Below, piece by piece: positions 18,997-27,967 of a stretch of 64,000 nucleotides of DNA (positions are counted from its first letter, which is position 1; the number at the start of each line of letters is the position of its first letter). The notes below the pieces were generated by a model, which was not told the origin of the DNA, searched no databases, and saw only the letters and a program-made list of their open reading frames with translations. Position numbers and translations under genes: made by a program. The stretch comes from Eubacteriales bacterium (GTDB lineage Bacteria > Bacillota > Clostridia > Oscillospirales > CAG-272), in the NCBI GenBank assembly GCA_045540175.1, contig JAZQGU010000042.1, positions 50,109-114,108 on the forward strand. Reading direction: 5' to 3'.

Positions 18997-20343
18997 ATGA
19001 AACAAGAACTTTACAACTTTGAAGTCTTTCCTATGGTATTTCCTGCCGAACGTGAAGTAGAATTGACGGTACGCTCTTTGGGCGGAAGAGATGAGTTCAG
19101 CGCTTCGTCTTATCGGATAGAAATCATAGCGATAGATACGTATCCTCCCGTATGTAACGTTTCGTTGACAGTGTCTCCCGAAGCAGACAATTGCTTGCGA
19201 TTCTCTAATGTATTCCATGGAGAAAAGGAGCACTATATCCGTATTTACGACGGCGAACGACGCATCGTACAGCTGTCGGTATACTCTCTCGGCTCGGATA
19301 TGGCTTGCCGTTTACCTTTCCGTGGAGATCTGCATATGCATACCTGTCGATCCGACGGCGGTGAGATACCTGCGGTTGTCGCTGCCAATTATCGTGCTAA
19401 AGGTTATGATTTCCTCTCCATAACCGATCATGAGCGGTATTATCCCTCTCTGGAAGCCATTGAAGCATTCTCCTCACTTGATACAACGTATACTTTGGTC
19501 CCGGGTGAAGAGGTTCATCTTCCTTTGACAAACGTACACATCGTTAATTTCGGCGGATTGCACAGTATCAATGGGCTTCTGAACGATATCCAATCATATA
19601 CTGAGGTGGACGGCGATCCAAACCGTTTGTCTGCTGTCGGCAAACCGGGCAGAGTGCGAACACGCGAAGAATACTGCGAAGAAATCCGAAAATTTGCCGA
19701 TGAACTGACCGTTCCGCAGGATGTTGATCCCTTAAGCTACGCGACATGTGTTTGGGCATTCAATCATATTCGTGAAGCCGATGGTCTTGGCATTTTTGCT
19801 CATCCTTATTGGTTGGCCAATGTATTCCATGTTTCCGAGCCGCTGACCCGTTATCTTATGGAGACTCATCCTTTTGATGCGTTCGAGGTATTGGGCGGCG
19901 AAAACTACTATCAGCAGAATGGATACCAAACAGTTCTGTACTACGAGGAATGGAAACGTGGACGTGTCCATGCCATCGTCGGATCCACCGACAGCCATAA
20001 TTCTACAGAACATAATCGTGATGCCGATATTTGTTCGACGATTGTATTCAGTCCGGCAAATGAGAGAAAGGCTTTGATTGATTCCATCAAAAATCGGTAC
20101 AGTGTAGCTGTTGATACAATTTCAAAGGAATACCGTTTGGTTGGTGAGGAGCGCTTCCAGCGATACGCCCGTTTCTTGATGGACAACTGGTATCCTCGAC
20201 ACGATGCAGTTTGTCAGCAGGAAGGATATTGGATGAAAGCCTACGTAACCCATAGCGATGAAGAAGCCGAAACTGTTTTGAAAGCTATCTCGCCCCGCGT
20301 CAAAGCTTTGTTTGATAAATTTTTCCTGCTTGCAGACAATTGA
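18997..20343 (+). CDS. PHP-domain metallohydrolase (CehA/McbA-like)
   Basis: GDLHMHTCRSDG...FLSITDH motif. ATG at 18997. The codon usage looks atypical for this window. Confidence 0.65.
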   Translation: MKQELYNFEVFPMVFPAEREVELTVRSLGGRDEFSASSYRIEIIAIDTYPPVCNVSLTVSPEADNCLRFSNVFHGEKEHYIRIYDGERRIVQLSVYSLGSDMACRLPFRGDLHMHTCRSDGGEIPAVVAANYRAKGYDFLSITDHERYYPSLEAIEAFSSLDTTYTLVPGEEVHLPLTNVHIVNFGGLHSINGLLNDIQSYTEVDGDPNRLSAVGKPGRVRTREEYCEEIRKFADELTVPQDVDPLSYATCVWAFNHIREADGLGIFAHPYWLANVFHVSEPLTRYLMETHPFDAFEVLGGENYYQQNGYQTVLYYEEWKRGRVHAIVGSTDSHNSTEHNRDADICSTIVFSPANERKALIDSIKNRYSVAVDTISKEYRLVGEERFQRYARFLMDNWYPRHDAVCQQEGYWMKAYVTHSDEEAETVLKAISPRVKALFDKFFLLADN

Positions 20344-20441
20344 GTTTGTGAAATACTGATCTTGTTATCAAATAAAGACATTCGGCAAATAATCAATATC
20401 ACATAATACACAAATTAACAACATTTTTTGTGAAATTATAT

Positions 20442-20470
20442 GTTGACAAAGTCAATTATGGGTGGTACAA
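20442..20470 (+). promoter_or_regulatory. sigmaA promoter (TTGACA-17-TACAAT with TG extension) for yerC-like operon
   Basis: Hexamers at 20442-20447 and 20465-20470. Confidence 0.65.
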
Positions 20471-20555
20471 TATGTGTAGCAGGCTCGCCGAGGTCGTTAT
20501 CGGCGCAGCCATACAAAAACGTTCGCATTTTGCGAATGAAAATTGGGAGGACACC

Positions 20556-20849
20556 ATGTCTGACAAAATAAGAGACGAACAGACCGACTATCTGTTTAAA
20601 GCCATTCTCACCCTGAGCGACCTTGATGAGTGCTACGCATTTTTTGAGGATCTTTGTACGGTTTCCGAAATACGCGAAATGGCAAAACGCCTTACTGCCG
20701 CCAGGATGCTCAACAAAAACTACATCTATTCCGAAATCGCAGAACAGACGGGTCTCAGCACGGCGACGATCAGCCGCGTTAACCGCTGTCTCAAATACGG
20801 AAGCGACGGTTATGCCGCTGTAATTCCGCGCCTCGAAAAGCGCAGATGA
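20556..20849 (+). CDS. TrpR-like YerC/YecD family protein
   Basis: 97 aa. FFEDLCT..E...MA.R......L......Y.EI...TG.S.ATISRV.R.L..G fits the YerC/YecD pattern. ATG after GGGAGG. Confidence 0.8.
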   Translation: MSDKIRDEQTDYLFKAILTLSDLDECYAFFEDLCTVSEIREMAKRLTAARMLNKNYIYSEIAEQTGLSTATISRVNRCLKYGSDGYAAVIPRLEKRR

Positions 20850-21589
20850 GCTATTCCGCGATAGCCGAGTGCTACGATGCGCTCAATTCTCATATTGATT
20901 ACAAATCATTTGCAAACTTCTTGAATAAAGAAATAAGAGCCGGCGGTATTTCCGACGGCTCTCTTGTTCTTGACCTCGCATGCGGTACGGGTAATATCAC
21001 TCTTCCCCTGCTTAAATGCGGTTACGATATGATCGGCGTTGACCTTTCGGGAGAAATGCTCAATATCGCAAGAAACAAAAAAGACGGTGACAAAGTACTG
21101 TGGCTTTGTCAGGATATGCGCTCATTTGAGCTTTACGGAACGGTCGGTGCAGTCGTTTGCTGTCTTGACAGTATAAATTATCTTACGACCAGAAACGGGC
21201 TTGACAAGTGCTTTTCCCTTGTTCACAACTATCTTGACCCGAACGGTATTTTTATTTTTGACGTCAATACTCCATACAAATTTGAAAATGTCTACGGAAA
21301 CAATCACTATATCCTAGAGGACGACGGAATATACTGCGGCTGGCAGAATTATTTTGATAAAAAGTCGGGGCTATGCGATTTCGAGCTTTCATTCTTTTAT
21401 GAAAACGAGGACGGAACCTACACCCGCCTTGACGAAACGCAGACAGAGCGTTGCTGGAGTATTAGGACTATTAATAATCTACTTGTCAAAAACGGATTCG
21501 AAGTTCTTAAGATAGTTTCCGACTTTAACGGTTCTGCCCTTAAAGATACAGACGAGCGTGCTTTTTTCGTCTGCCGCGCGATAAAATAG
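20846..21589 (+). CDS. Class I SAM-dependent methyltransferase
   Basis: VLDLACGTGN motif I. Overlaps the yerC-like stop by 4 nt (ATGA). Confidence 0.8.
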   Translation: MSYSAIAECYDALNSHIDYKSFANFLNKEIRAGGISDGSLVLDLACGTGNITLPLLKCGYDMIGVDLSGEMLNIARNKKDGDKVLWLCQDMRSFELYGTVGAVVCCLDSINYLTTRNGLDKCFSLVHNYLDPNGIFIFDVNTPYKFENVYGNNHYILEDDGIYCGWQNYFDKKSGLCDFELSFFYENEDGTYTRLDETQTERCWSIRTINNLLVKNGFEVLKIVSDFNGSALKDTDERAFFVCRAIK

Positions 21590-21656
21590 GGCTTTATTCT
21601 TGATTTGTTCATTTATCTGTGATATCATATATTCAGTTTCTTTTAGGAGTTTGTAA

Positions 21657-22613
21657 ATGAAAAAGATTATATCTCTTGTTTTATCCCTTGTTATGGTTTC
21701 GGCGCTTTTCCTTTGCGCTATGCCTGTATCGGCTAAGGCAATACACAAAAGCACCGTTAACCTCATCGGAATCAATAAAAGTGAGTCCGGCTCGGGATAT
21801 AAATGGAATAACTATGACAGTATTCTGACTCTCGACGGTCTCAATATCGAAACGAAAGACGATTACGGTCTTAAGATCCCCGACGGCGCAACCGTCGTTT
21901 TGAAAGGCGACAACTACATCGAAGCCAAAAAGGCTGCTGTATTGATCGAAGCCAAAGTCGTTTTTAAGGGAAGCGGTACCTTAACGCTCGTCAGTGAGAT
22001 CGGAATCTTCTGCAGCTCTGTTGACAAAACCGATTCTCTCAGTATTCTCGGCGGAACTTATAAGATAAAAAGCAGCGGGGTCGGTATCGTATCCGACTTC
22101 CATCGCGTGTCGTTTTCAAACTCCAAGCTGACGTTTAAAACCTCGGGCGAATACGCTGTAAAAGCTCAGAGTATTACGACAGGTGCAAAGACCGTTATTA
22201 AGGCTGATGCTCCGCTTTACGGCAAGGACAAGATCCTCATTGAATCGTCATCTATCACCGTAAATACCGACAGCAAGGCTCTCATTTCCGATAATCCCGT
22301 GACCTTCTCCAAGGTGACCCTGAAGGCGGGCGACAGCGCAAAGAGTCTTTCAAAGATCGACCTCGAAAAGGCTTCTTATGACGGTCAGAAGTGCATTAAA
22401 ACGATCTCAAAGTATGATGGGCAGAAGAAAAGTCTCTTCTTCGGAGACGGAGTTCCGAGATACGTTGACGTTATCGTGCTGATCCTCGGTATCGGCGGTC
22501 TTGTTGCCGCAGTAGTCGTTCCTGTCCTTTATAAGAAGAAAAAGGCTATGCTCGCCATTGCGCTTCGTGATGCCGAACAAAACGAAAAGAAGCCTTCAGC
22601 AAATAAAAAGTAA
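21657..22613 (+). CDS. Secreted, C-terminally TM-anchored protein with beta-helix-like repeats
   Basis: Signal peptide ending in VSAKA, repeated G-T/S-hydrophobic strands, and a C-terminal TM helix plus KKKK. Confidence 0.55.
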   Translation: MKKIISLVLSLVMVSALFLCAMPVSAKAIHKSTVNLIGINKSESGSGYKWNNYDSILTLDGLNIETKDDYGLKIPDGATVVLKGDNYIEAKKAAVLIEAKVVFKGSGTLTLVSEIGIFCSSVDKTDSLSILGGTYKIKSSGVGIVSDFHRVSFSNSKLTFKTSGEYAVKAQSITTGAKTVIKADAPLYGKDKILIESSSITVNTDSKALISDNPVTFSKVTLKAGDSAKSLSKIDLEKASYDGQKCIKTISKYDGQKKSLFFGDGVPRYVDVIVLILGIGGLVAAVVVPVLYKKKKAMLAIALRDAEQNEKKPSANKK

Positions 22614-22617
22614 CTTG

Positions 22618-22646
22618 ATTCCCCGCTTCGGCGGGGAATTTTATAT
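22618..22646 (+). terminator. Intrinsic terminator
   Basis: ATTCCCCGC-TTCG-GCGGGGAAT followed by TTTATATAT. Confidence 0.75.
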
Positions 22647-22754
22647 ATAAACAAAATTTTCTATGTAAATACTGTAAATTCCCACATATTGTTTATTGAC
22701 TTTTCCGCTGTGATACTATATCATAATTATAGATGATATCAGGAGAAATCTATT

Positions 22755-24491
22755 ATGAAGCTTCTAAAGAAAATATCCATATTTCTCCTTACCGCCGCCA
22801 TTTTTATGTCGGCGCTTGTTGTCTTTGCGGAAGAAGCTCACGCCGAGACTCCGAATTGGCCGTATCTTGAGATTTCTGTTCCCGTTTCAGCCAAAAACAA
22901 GATCACAGATACCGATGAGGCGGCTTTCAAGGAGAAGATCACGTCTGCCGCAAGTATTCCCTTCTTCGCTCTGATAAGAGACTATCCCGATCTTACAATG
23001 TGGACGAACCGTTTTGAGTTCAAGACCGCATACAGAATAACGACCTACGGTACCAGCAAAAAATATGAGCTCACCAAGGTCGATTACACGCTTCACGGAT
23101 ATTCTAATTATACCGACCCGCGCGGCATGCTCGCTCAGATAAACAAGGTTGTTGACAGCTTCATTCCATCAGGAGAGACGATGTATGATAATCTTCTCTC
23201 GATCCATAACTTTATCTGTAAAATAAACTCATACGTCAGAGAGAGCGAGGGCGCGCTCTACTGCTACTCCGCTTACGGCTCGCTTGTTAACCGCAAATCG
23301 GTATGCGAGGGATACGCCGAGGCGTTCAAGCTTCTTTGCGACAAGGTGGGAATCGACTGTATTCTCGTAACCGGAATGTCCAAGCCCGCTTCCGAAAAGC
23401 CTATGGAAGCTCATATGTGGAACCTCGTTCGCATGGACGATGACGTCTGGTACGCGGTTGACGTTACCTGGGACGATGCGGGTGACATTGAGGGCAATTT
23501 AAACTATTTCCTCGTAGGCGCTGATACCGTTGTCAAAGGCAAGAAGTTCACGGAAAGCCATTTAACAAGCTATGATTTCATTAATATTCAGGGCTCCGGA
23601 AAAACTATTCCGAATCTCGAATATCCTTCCCTTTCAAGCGTTGCTTACGACAAGGAAAACGGCAAAACCGATTATTCTTACAGCGGTGGAAGATTTCATT
23701 ATTCCTTTTTGAGCGACATTGAAAAGGAAATATATGACGCTATGCTTGAAAAGCTCATCTCCGATATGCCGTCCGATCCGACCAAAACACCCGAGCCTGT
23801 GCCAACCGATGATCTCGTGGTTACTACTCCCGATCAAACAACGCCTCCCCCGGTTGTGACGACCCCTGAGATCACGACTACCGAAGAGGAAACGACGACC
23901 GAAAAGGTCACCACGACTGAGGAAGAAACAACCGAAGAGGTCACAACAACCGAAAAAGTCACAACGACGGAAGAGGTTACTACAACCGAAAAGGTCACCA
24001 CGACCGAAAAGGTGACAACAACGGAAAAGGTCACTACAACGGAAAAGGAAACCACAAAAGAGATCACAACTACGAAGCCTACGGTTACTACTCCCGTTCA
24101 GACGACGGAATCCGAAACCACAAAGCCGACTGTGACGACCACAAATCCCGTTACCACCCCTAACACAACCAAGCCGGTCACAACGACTCCGGGTTCAACT
24201 ACTCCGCCACCCGAATCTTCGAGCTCGGAAAATGAGACCGAATCCGACTCCGAAACTGATACCACGAAGCCCGATACGACAAAGCCCGATACCTCGGACA
24301 GCGATACCACATCGAAGCCCGACACCTCCGTTGGTACAACGACTTCGGGAAGTAACGGCAAAAATGACAAATCCGACATTTCCGGTCTCTACAGAACTCT
24401 TACTGTCGTGCTCATTGCAAGCGCGATAACCTGTATGTCGGTAATTCTCGGAATCGTTATTATCAGATACGCAAAAAAGCATAACGGATAA
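22755..24491 (+). CDS. Surface-anchored transglutaminase-like cysteine protease-fold protein with Thr/Glu/Pro-rich stalk
   Basis: Signal peptide. Cys-His-Asp triad context (SVCEGYAEAF, EAHMWNLV, AVDVTWDD). Long T/E/P repeats and a C-terminal TM anchor. Confidence 0.75.
   Translation: MKLLKKISIFLLTAAIFMSALVVFAEEAHAETPNWPYLEISVPVSAKNKITDTDEAAFKEKITSAASIPFFALIRDYPDLTMWTNRFEFKTAYRITTYGTSKKYELTKVDYTLHGYSNYTDPRGMLAQINKVVDSFIPSGETMYDNLLSIHNFICKINSYVRESEGALYCYSAYGSLVNRKSVCEGYAEAFKLLCDKVGIDCILVTGMSKPASEKPMEAHMWNLVRMDDDVWYAVDVTWDDAGDIEGNLNYFLVGADTVVKGKKFTESHLTSYDFINIQGSGKTIPNLEYPSLSSVAYDKENGKTDYSYSGGRFHYSFLSDIEKEIYDAMLEKLISDMPSDPTKTPEPVPTDDLVVTTPDQTTPPPVVTTPEITTTEEETTTEKVTTTEEETTEEVTTTEKVTTTEEVTTTEKVTTTEKVTTTEKVTTTEKETTKEITTTKPTVTTPVQTTESETTKPTVTTTNPVTTPNTTKPVTTTPGSTTPPPESSSSENETESDSETDTTKPDTTKPDTSDSDTTSKPDTSVGTTTSGSNGKNDKSDISGLYRTLTVVLIASAITCMSVILGIVIIRYAKKHNG
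23872..24075 (+). repeat. In-frame tandem 18-nt (TTTEKV/TTTEEV) repeats
   Basis: About 10 consecutive variants of ACNACNACNGAAAAGGTC, read directly. Confidence 0.85.
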
Positions 24492-24495
24492 GCAA

Positions 24496-24531
24496 ATCAC
24501 CGCAGGAAAACCTGCGGTGATCTTTTTATTT
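24496..24531 (+). terminator. Terminator shared by convergent genes
   Basis: ATCACCGCAGG-AAAA-CCTGCGGTGAT followed by CTTTTTATTT. Confidence 0.75.
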
Positions 24532-25797
24532 GCGGTTTATTACCTCGGCGAGCATTTCCGCGCAGTCGGCACGCGTAAGAACGTCAGTCGGGGAGATACC
24601 GCCGTTTTCTGTCTTTATAACGCCTATTTCGATAAGCGAGCAGACGGCGTCAAGGGCGTAATTCGGGACCTCATCAATATCGTCGAAAACCGGCAAGATT
24701 CTCGGATCATCCGCTCCGATAAGTGCATCAATTATAACGCAAGCCTCTGCTTTCGTGAGTGTTTTATTGCAGTCAAGACCCTTCAACTCATCTTCCAATA
24801 TAAGAGACAGATCGTATGCCGTCAGGACATAGGACCTGTATTCCGACGGGAGGGCCATTATATCCTCAGCGATATCCTGCGGAGCTGCAGTTTTGAGCGT
24901 TACGGATGCCGCAGTCATTGAAGCCTTCAAAAACTCGCCGTACGATACCTCCTTATCGGGCATAAAGACCTTCTCGCCGTCATCGGTTCTTCCCGTCATA
25001 ATCCCCTTTGAGTGGAGCAATATTGCGCCGTAGTGACCCGGATCAAAGATCATATCCTTGAATACTATCCCGCTTTCGCTTCTCTTTACGGTAATATCAA
25101 CTGTGATCTTTTCCGATCTGTTGCCGTACTTGTCGGTTGCAACGTACGAAAAGCTGTCGCGTCCGACGTAATTTTTCATCGGAGTATAGGTATATTCGCC
25201 GTCTTCTCTATTCTTCACGCTGAGAAGTCCTTTATCGGGGTAGGAAACGATCTCGTATTTTACCGAATCCCCCTCGGGATCTGCGCTTTTCATTGTTCCG
25301 TTTACGGCGATGTTTTTATAGGTTGTGATCTTAAAAAAGCTTTCGTCTATTCCTGCCGAGGTCGGCGAATAGTTTTTTGCATCGAGGAAGTACATTACGG
25401 TTTTATAATTATACTGTCCGTCGACGGTGAAGGTAAATTCCGCGCTTTCGGTATCGCTGTTTGGGGTAAACGTGAGGGACGAAAGACTTGATGATGATAT
25501 TTTTTGTCCCTTGGTTACGGTGAGCGAACCGAGAGTGAGCCTTCCCGCGCTGATACTCGGAAGTGAGGTTATTACTATACTCTTCGGGGTTGTGCCGAGA
25601 ACCGTTTTGAATTCCGATTTTGTAAAGCTGATCGCTTCACCGCTTCCTGCAGAAAGGATCATCGGATTCGATGCGGCGATGACATCAAATGCAGGCGAAA
25701 GGTTTTTTTTACTTTTTGCAGAGGTTGACGGCGTGAGAATACCGACAATGCAAACGGCTGTCATAATCAGTGTTATGATCTTTTTTATCTTATTCAT
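24526..25797 (-). CDS. Secreted cell-surface protein with Ig/cadherin-like module and two SLH-like C-terminal modules
   Basis: Signal peptide. DPEGDSVKYEIVSYPDKGLL...YTYTP..NYVGRDSFSYVATD (cadherin-like). F.D......A...L...GI..G modules. ATG at 25797 after GGAGG. Confidence 0.55.
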   Translation of the reverse strand: MNKIKKIITLIMTAVCIVGILTPSTSAKSKKNLSPAFDVIAASNPMILSAGSGEAISFTKSEFKTVLGTTPKSIVITSLPSISAGRLTLGSLTVTKGQKISSSSLSSLTFTPNSDTESAEFTFTVDGQYNYKTVMYFLDAKNYSPTSAGIDESFFKITTYKNIAVNGTMKSADPEGDSVKYEIVSYPDKGLLSVKNREDGEYTYTPMKNYVGRDSFSYVATDKYGNRSEKITVDITVKRSESGIVFKDMIFDPGHYGAILLHSKGIMTGRTDDGEKVFMPDKEVSYGEFLKASMTAASVTLKTAAPQDIAEDIMALPSEYRSYVLTAYDLSLILEDELKGLDCNKTLTKAEACVIIDALIGADDPRILPVFDDIDEVPNYALDAVCSLIEIGVIKTENGGISPTDVLTRADCAEMLAEVINRK

Positions 25798-25911
25798 TTT
25801 TGCCTCCGTAACAGATAATTTCAAGTGTTTACAAAATACACTTGTATGTTTTCGGTTTTTAACTTATAATATCATTATGCCGTGAGTGCAAACTATATGA
25901 CGGAGGCGCGT

Positions 25912-26814
25912 ATGATTACTGTTATTTCAACTGAATACGACGGTATGATATTGCGCGAATATCTGAGAAACGTTCTGCGCTTATCCCGTGCGGAGCTTAC
26001 CGAGTTGAAGAAGCGCGACGATGGAATTATGCTGAACGGGGTGCGCGTGACGGTACGCGCAGTGCTTAAAGAGGGAGACGAGCTTATTCTTTCACGTGAC
26101 GATATTGCGTCGAGCGGGGGGATAGCTCCCGTTGAGCTTCCGATTGAAATTCTATACGAGGACGATGACGTGATCGCCATTAACAAGCCGCCATTTATGC
26201 CGACTCATCCGTCGCACGAGCATCAGTCCGACACGCTTGCAAACGCACTCGCCTTTTACTTCAAAAACAAGGGCGTTAACTTCGTATTCCGCGCTGTAAA
26301 CCGTCTTGACCGCGATACGAGCGGAATCGTTCTCGTTGCAAAAAATAAAAATTCCGCCTTCGTGCTCGCAAGGCAGATCTCGGAATTCAAGGTAACGAAG
26401 AGGTATATCGCACTTGCCTGCGGTGAGATTATCGGCAAGGGAGAAATCGAGGGGAATATAAGACGGATCGAGGACGGAAGGATGAATCGCGGTGTTTTTC
26501 CCGACGGGCAATACGCCTTGACGGAATACGAAGCTTTGTGCTTCAAAAACGGCATTTCAACTCTGCTCGTTACACCGAAAACAGGCCGAACGCATCAGAT
26601 ACGAGTACATCTTTCTCATATAGGACACCCGATTCTCGGCGACACTCTTTACGGTGACGAAAACGGAAGCAATTTGATTAGCCGTCAGGCACTTCACGCA
26701 TATTCACTTACGTTTTCACATCCGACAACCAATAAAAAAATTACGGTCACAGCGCCGATACCGAACGATATGGCGGCTTTGACCGATTACAAGGATAATT
26801 TATGCAAAAAGTAA
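25912..26814 (+). CDS. rluD: RluA-family 23S rRNA pseudouridine synthase (RluD-like, with S4 domain)
   Basis: HRLDRDTSG-type motif (NRLDRDTSGIVL) and TGRTHQIRVH. ATG at 25912 after GGAGG. Confidence 0.85.
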   Translation: MITVISTEYDGMILREYLRNVLRLSRAELTELKKRDDGIMLNGVRVTVRAVLKEGDELILSRDDIASSGGIAPVELPIEILYEDDDVIAINKPPFMPTHPSHEHQSDTLANALAFYFKNKGVNFVFRAVNRLDRDTSGIVLVAKNKNSAFVLARQISEFKVTKRYIALACGEIIGKGEIEGNIRRIEDGRMNRGVFPDGQYALTEYEALCFKNGISTLLVTPKTGRTHQIRVHLSHIGHPILGDTLYGDENGSNLISRQALHAYSLTFSHPTTNKKITVTAPIPNDMAALTDYKDNLCKK

Positions 26815-27914
26815 GATCGTTTTTCAAGAAGGCTATCGGAATAACTCCGATATGGGCACGCATATCGCTTTGCCTCGGAGCTTTTTCGGCGGTTATGTAC
26901 GTCGTTTTTCTTCTTTCTCCGAGCTTTTCGGATTTCTTTAACCGCTATCCTGCGGCGTTTTTACGGGCGGTTCTGGCAAAGATCACGGGAATACTTCCAT
27001 TTTCGCTTGCCGAAACGGCTATTATGCTTTTGCCGATTATCATTACCGTTGTCATAATAAAGATCGTAAAAGCGGCTAAGGGAGAATTGCGCGACACGGC
27101 GCGGATGCTTGTTTGCATGCTATCTGTGCTGTCGCTGTTTTTCAGCAGCTTTTCGCTTCTTTTTGCCTCGGGATATCGCGGCACGACCCTTGATAAAAAG
27201 CTTGGGCTTGAAAGAACTGCCGTCAGCGCAAAGGACCTGGAATCGACGGCAAGAATACTGCTTTCCGAGCTGAAGGAATTGACAGGCGAAATCACGTTTG
27301 CGCCGAGCGGAGCATCGATGATGCCGCATTCTCTCTTCGAGATGAACGACGAGCTTCAGGACGCCTACAAAAAAGCGGCGAAAAAATACGATTTCTTACC
27401 GAATTTCAAGAGCTCTGTTAAGCCGATTATTCTGAGCGAGCCGATGACCTACACCCACATTTCGGGCATTTACACTTTCTTTACGGGGGAAAGCAACATA
27501 AACACGAATTTTCCCGATTACACCCTTCCCTACACCGCCGCGCATGAGCTTGCTCATCAGAGAGGAATCGCGCGCGAGGACGAGGCGAATTTCGTTGCTT
27601 TCCTTGTCTGCATCGAGAGTGACGACCCGTATATCCGTTACAGTGGATATATGAACCTTTACGAATACGTTCTTTCGGCGCTTTACGAGGCGGATAGCAA
27701 GGCGTATTCTGCGATTATAAACGAGACGGGCAATGCTCTCGTCGGAGAGATCGTTGCGTATAACAAATTCTTCGACAAATACCGCGACAACGTCGTTGCT
27801 GACGTCAGCGGCTCGATGAACGATAATTACCTGCAGTCGCAGGGACAGGCGGCGGGTTCTCACAGCTACGGAATGGTAGTTGATCTTGCGGTGGCGTATT
27901 ATAAGAAAAAATGA
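26802..27914 (+). CDS. DUF3810-family membrane zinc-metalloprotease-like protein
   Basis: N-terminal TM helices and an HELAHQRG (HExxH) motif. Confidence 0.7.
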   Translation: MQKVRSFFKKAIGITPIWARISLCLGAFSAVMYVVFLLSPSFSDFFNRYPAAFLRAVLAKITGILPFSLAETAIMLLPIIITVVIIKIVKAAKGELRDTARMLVCMLSVLSLFFSSFSLLFASGYRGTTLDKKLGLERTAVSAKDLESTARILLSELKELTGEITFAPSGASMMPHSLFEMNDELQDAYKKAAKKYDFLPNFKSSVKPIILSEPMTYTHISGIYTFFTGESNINTNFPDYTLPYTAAHELAHQRGIAREDEANFVAFLVCIESDDPYIRYSGYMNLYEYVLSALYEADSKAYSAIINETGNALVGEIVAYNKFFDKYRDNVVADVSGSMNDNYLQSQGQAAGSHSYGMVVDLAVAYYKKK

Positions 27915-27920
27915 GCATAA

Positions 27921-27948
27921 AAAAGCGACCGTGAGGTCGCTTTTCTTG
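27921..27948. terminator. Bidirectional terminator between convergent genes
   Basis: AAAAGCGACC-GTGA-GGTCGCTTTT, with A-rich and T-rich flanks on both sides. Confidence 0.7.
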
Positions 27949-27967
27949 TATTCGTTTACAAAACCTA

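Noticed and set aside
20430-20555. ORF-track extension of the YerC-like gene (MKLYVDKVNYGWYNM...)
   Set aside because: The extension contains the consensus promoter itself. The family is about 100 aa and the ATG at 20556 has a GGGAGG RBS. Similar 5' trimming was applied at 18749, 18997, 25797, 25912, 42423, 44051, 45591, 48413, 49251, 53234, 55207 and 56144.
23834-24379. Minus-strand ORFs encoding VVVTFS/VVSGFVV low-complexity peptides
   Set aside because: They are the antisense reading of the Thr/Glu/Pro repeat stalk of the plus-strand transglutaminase-like gene.
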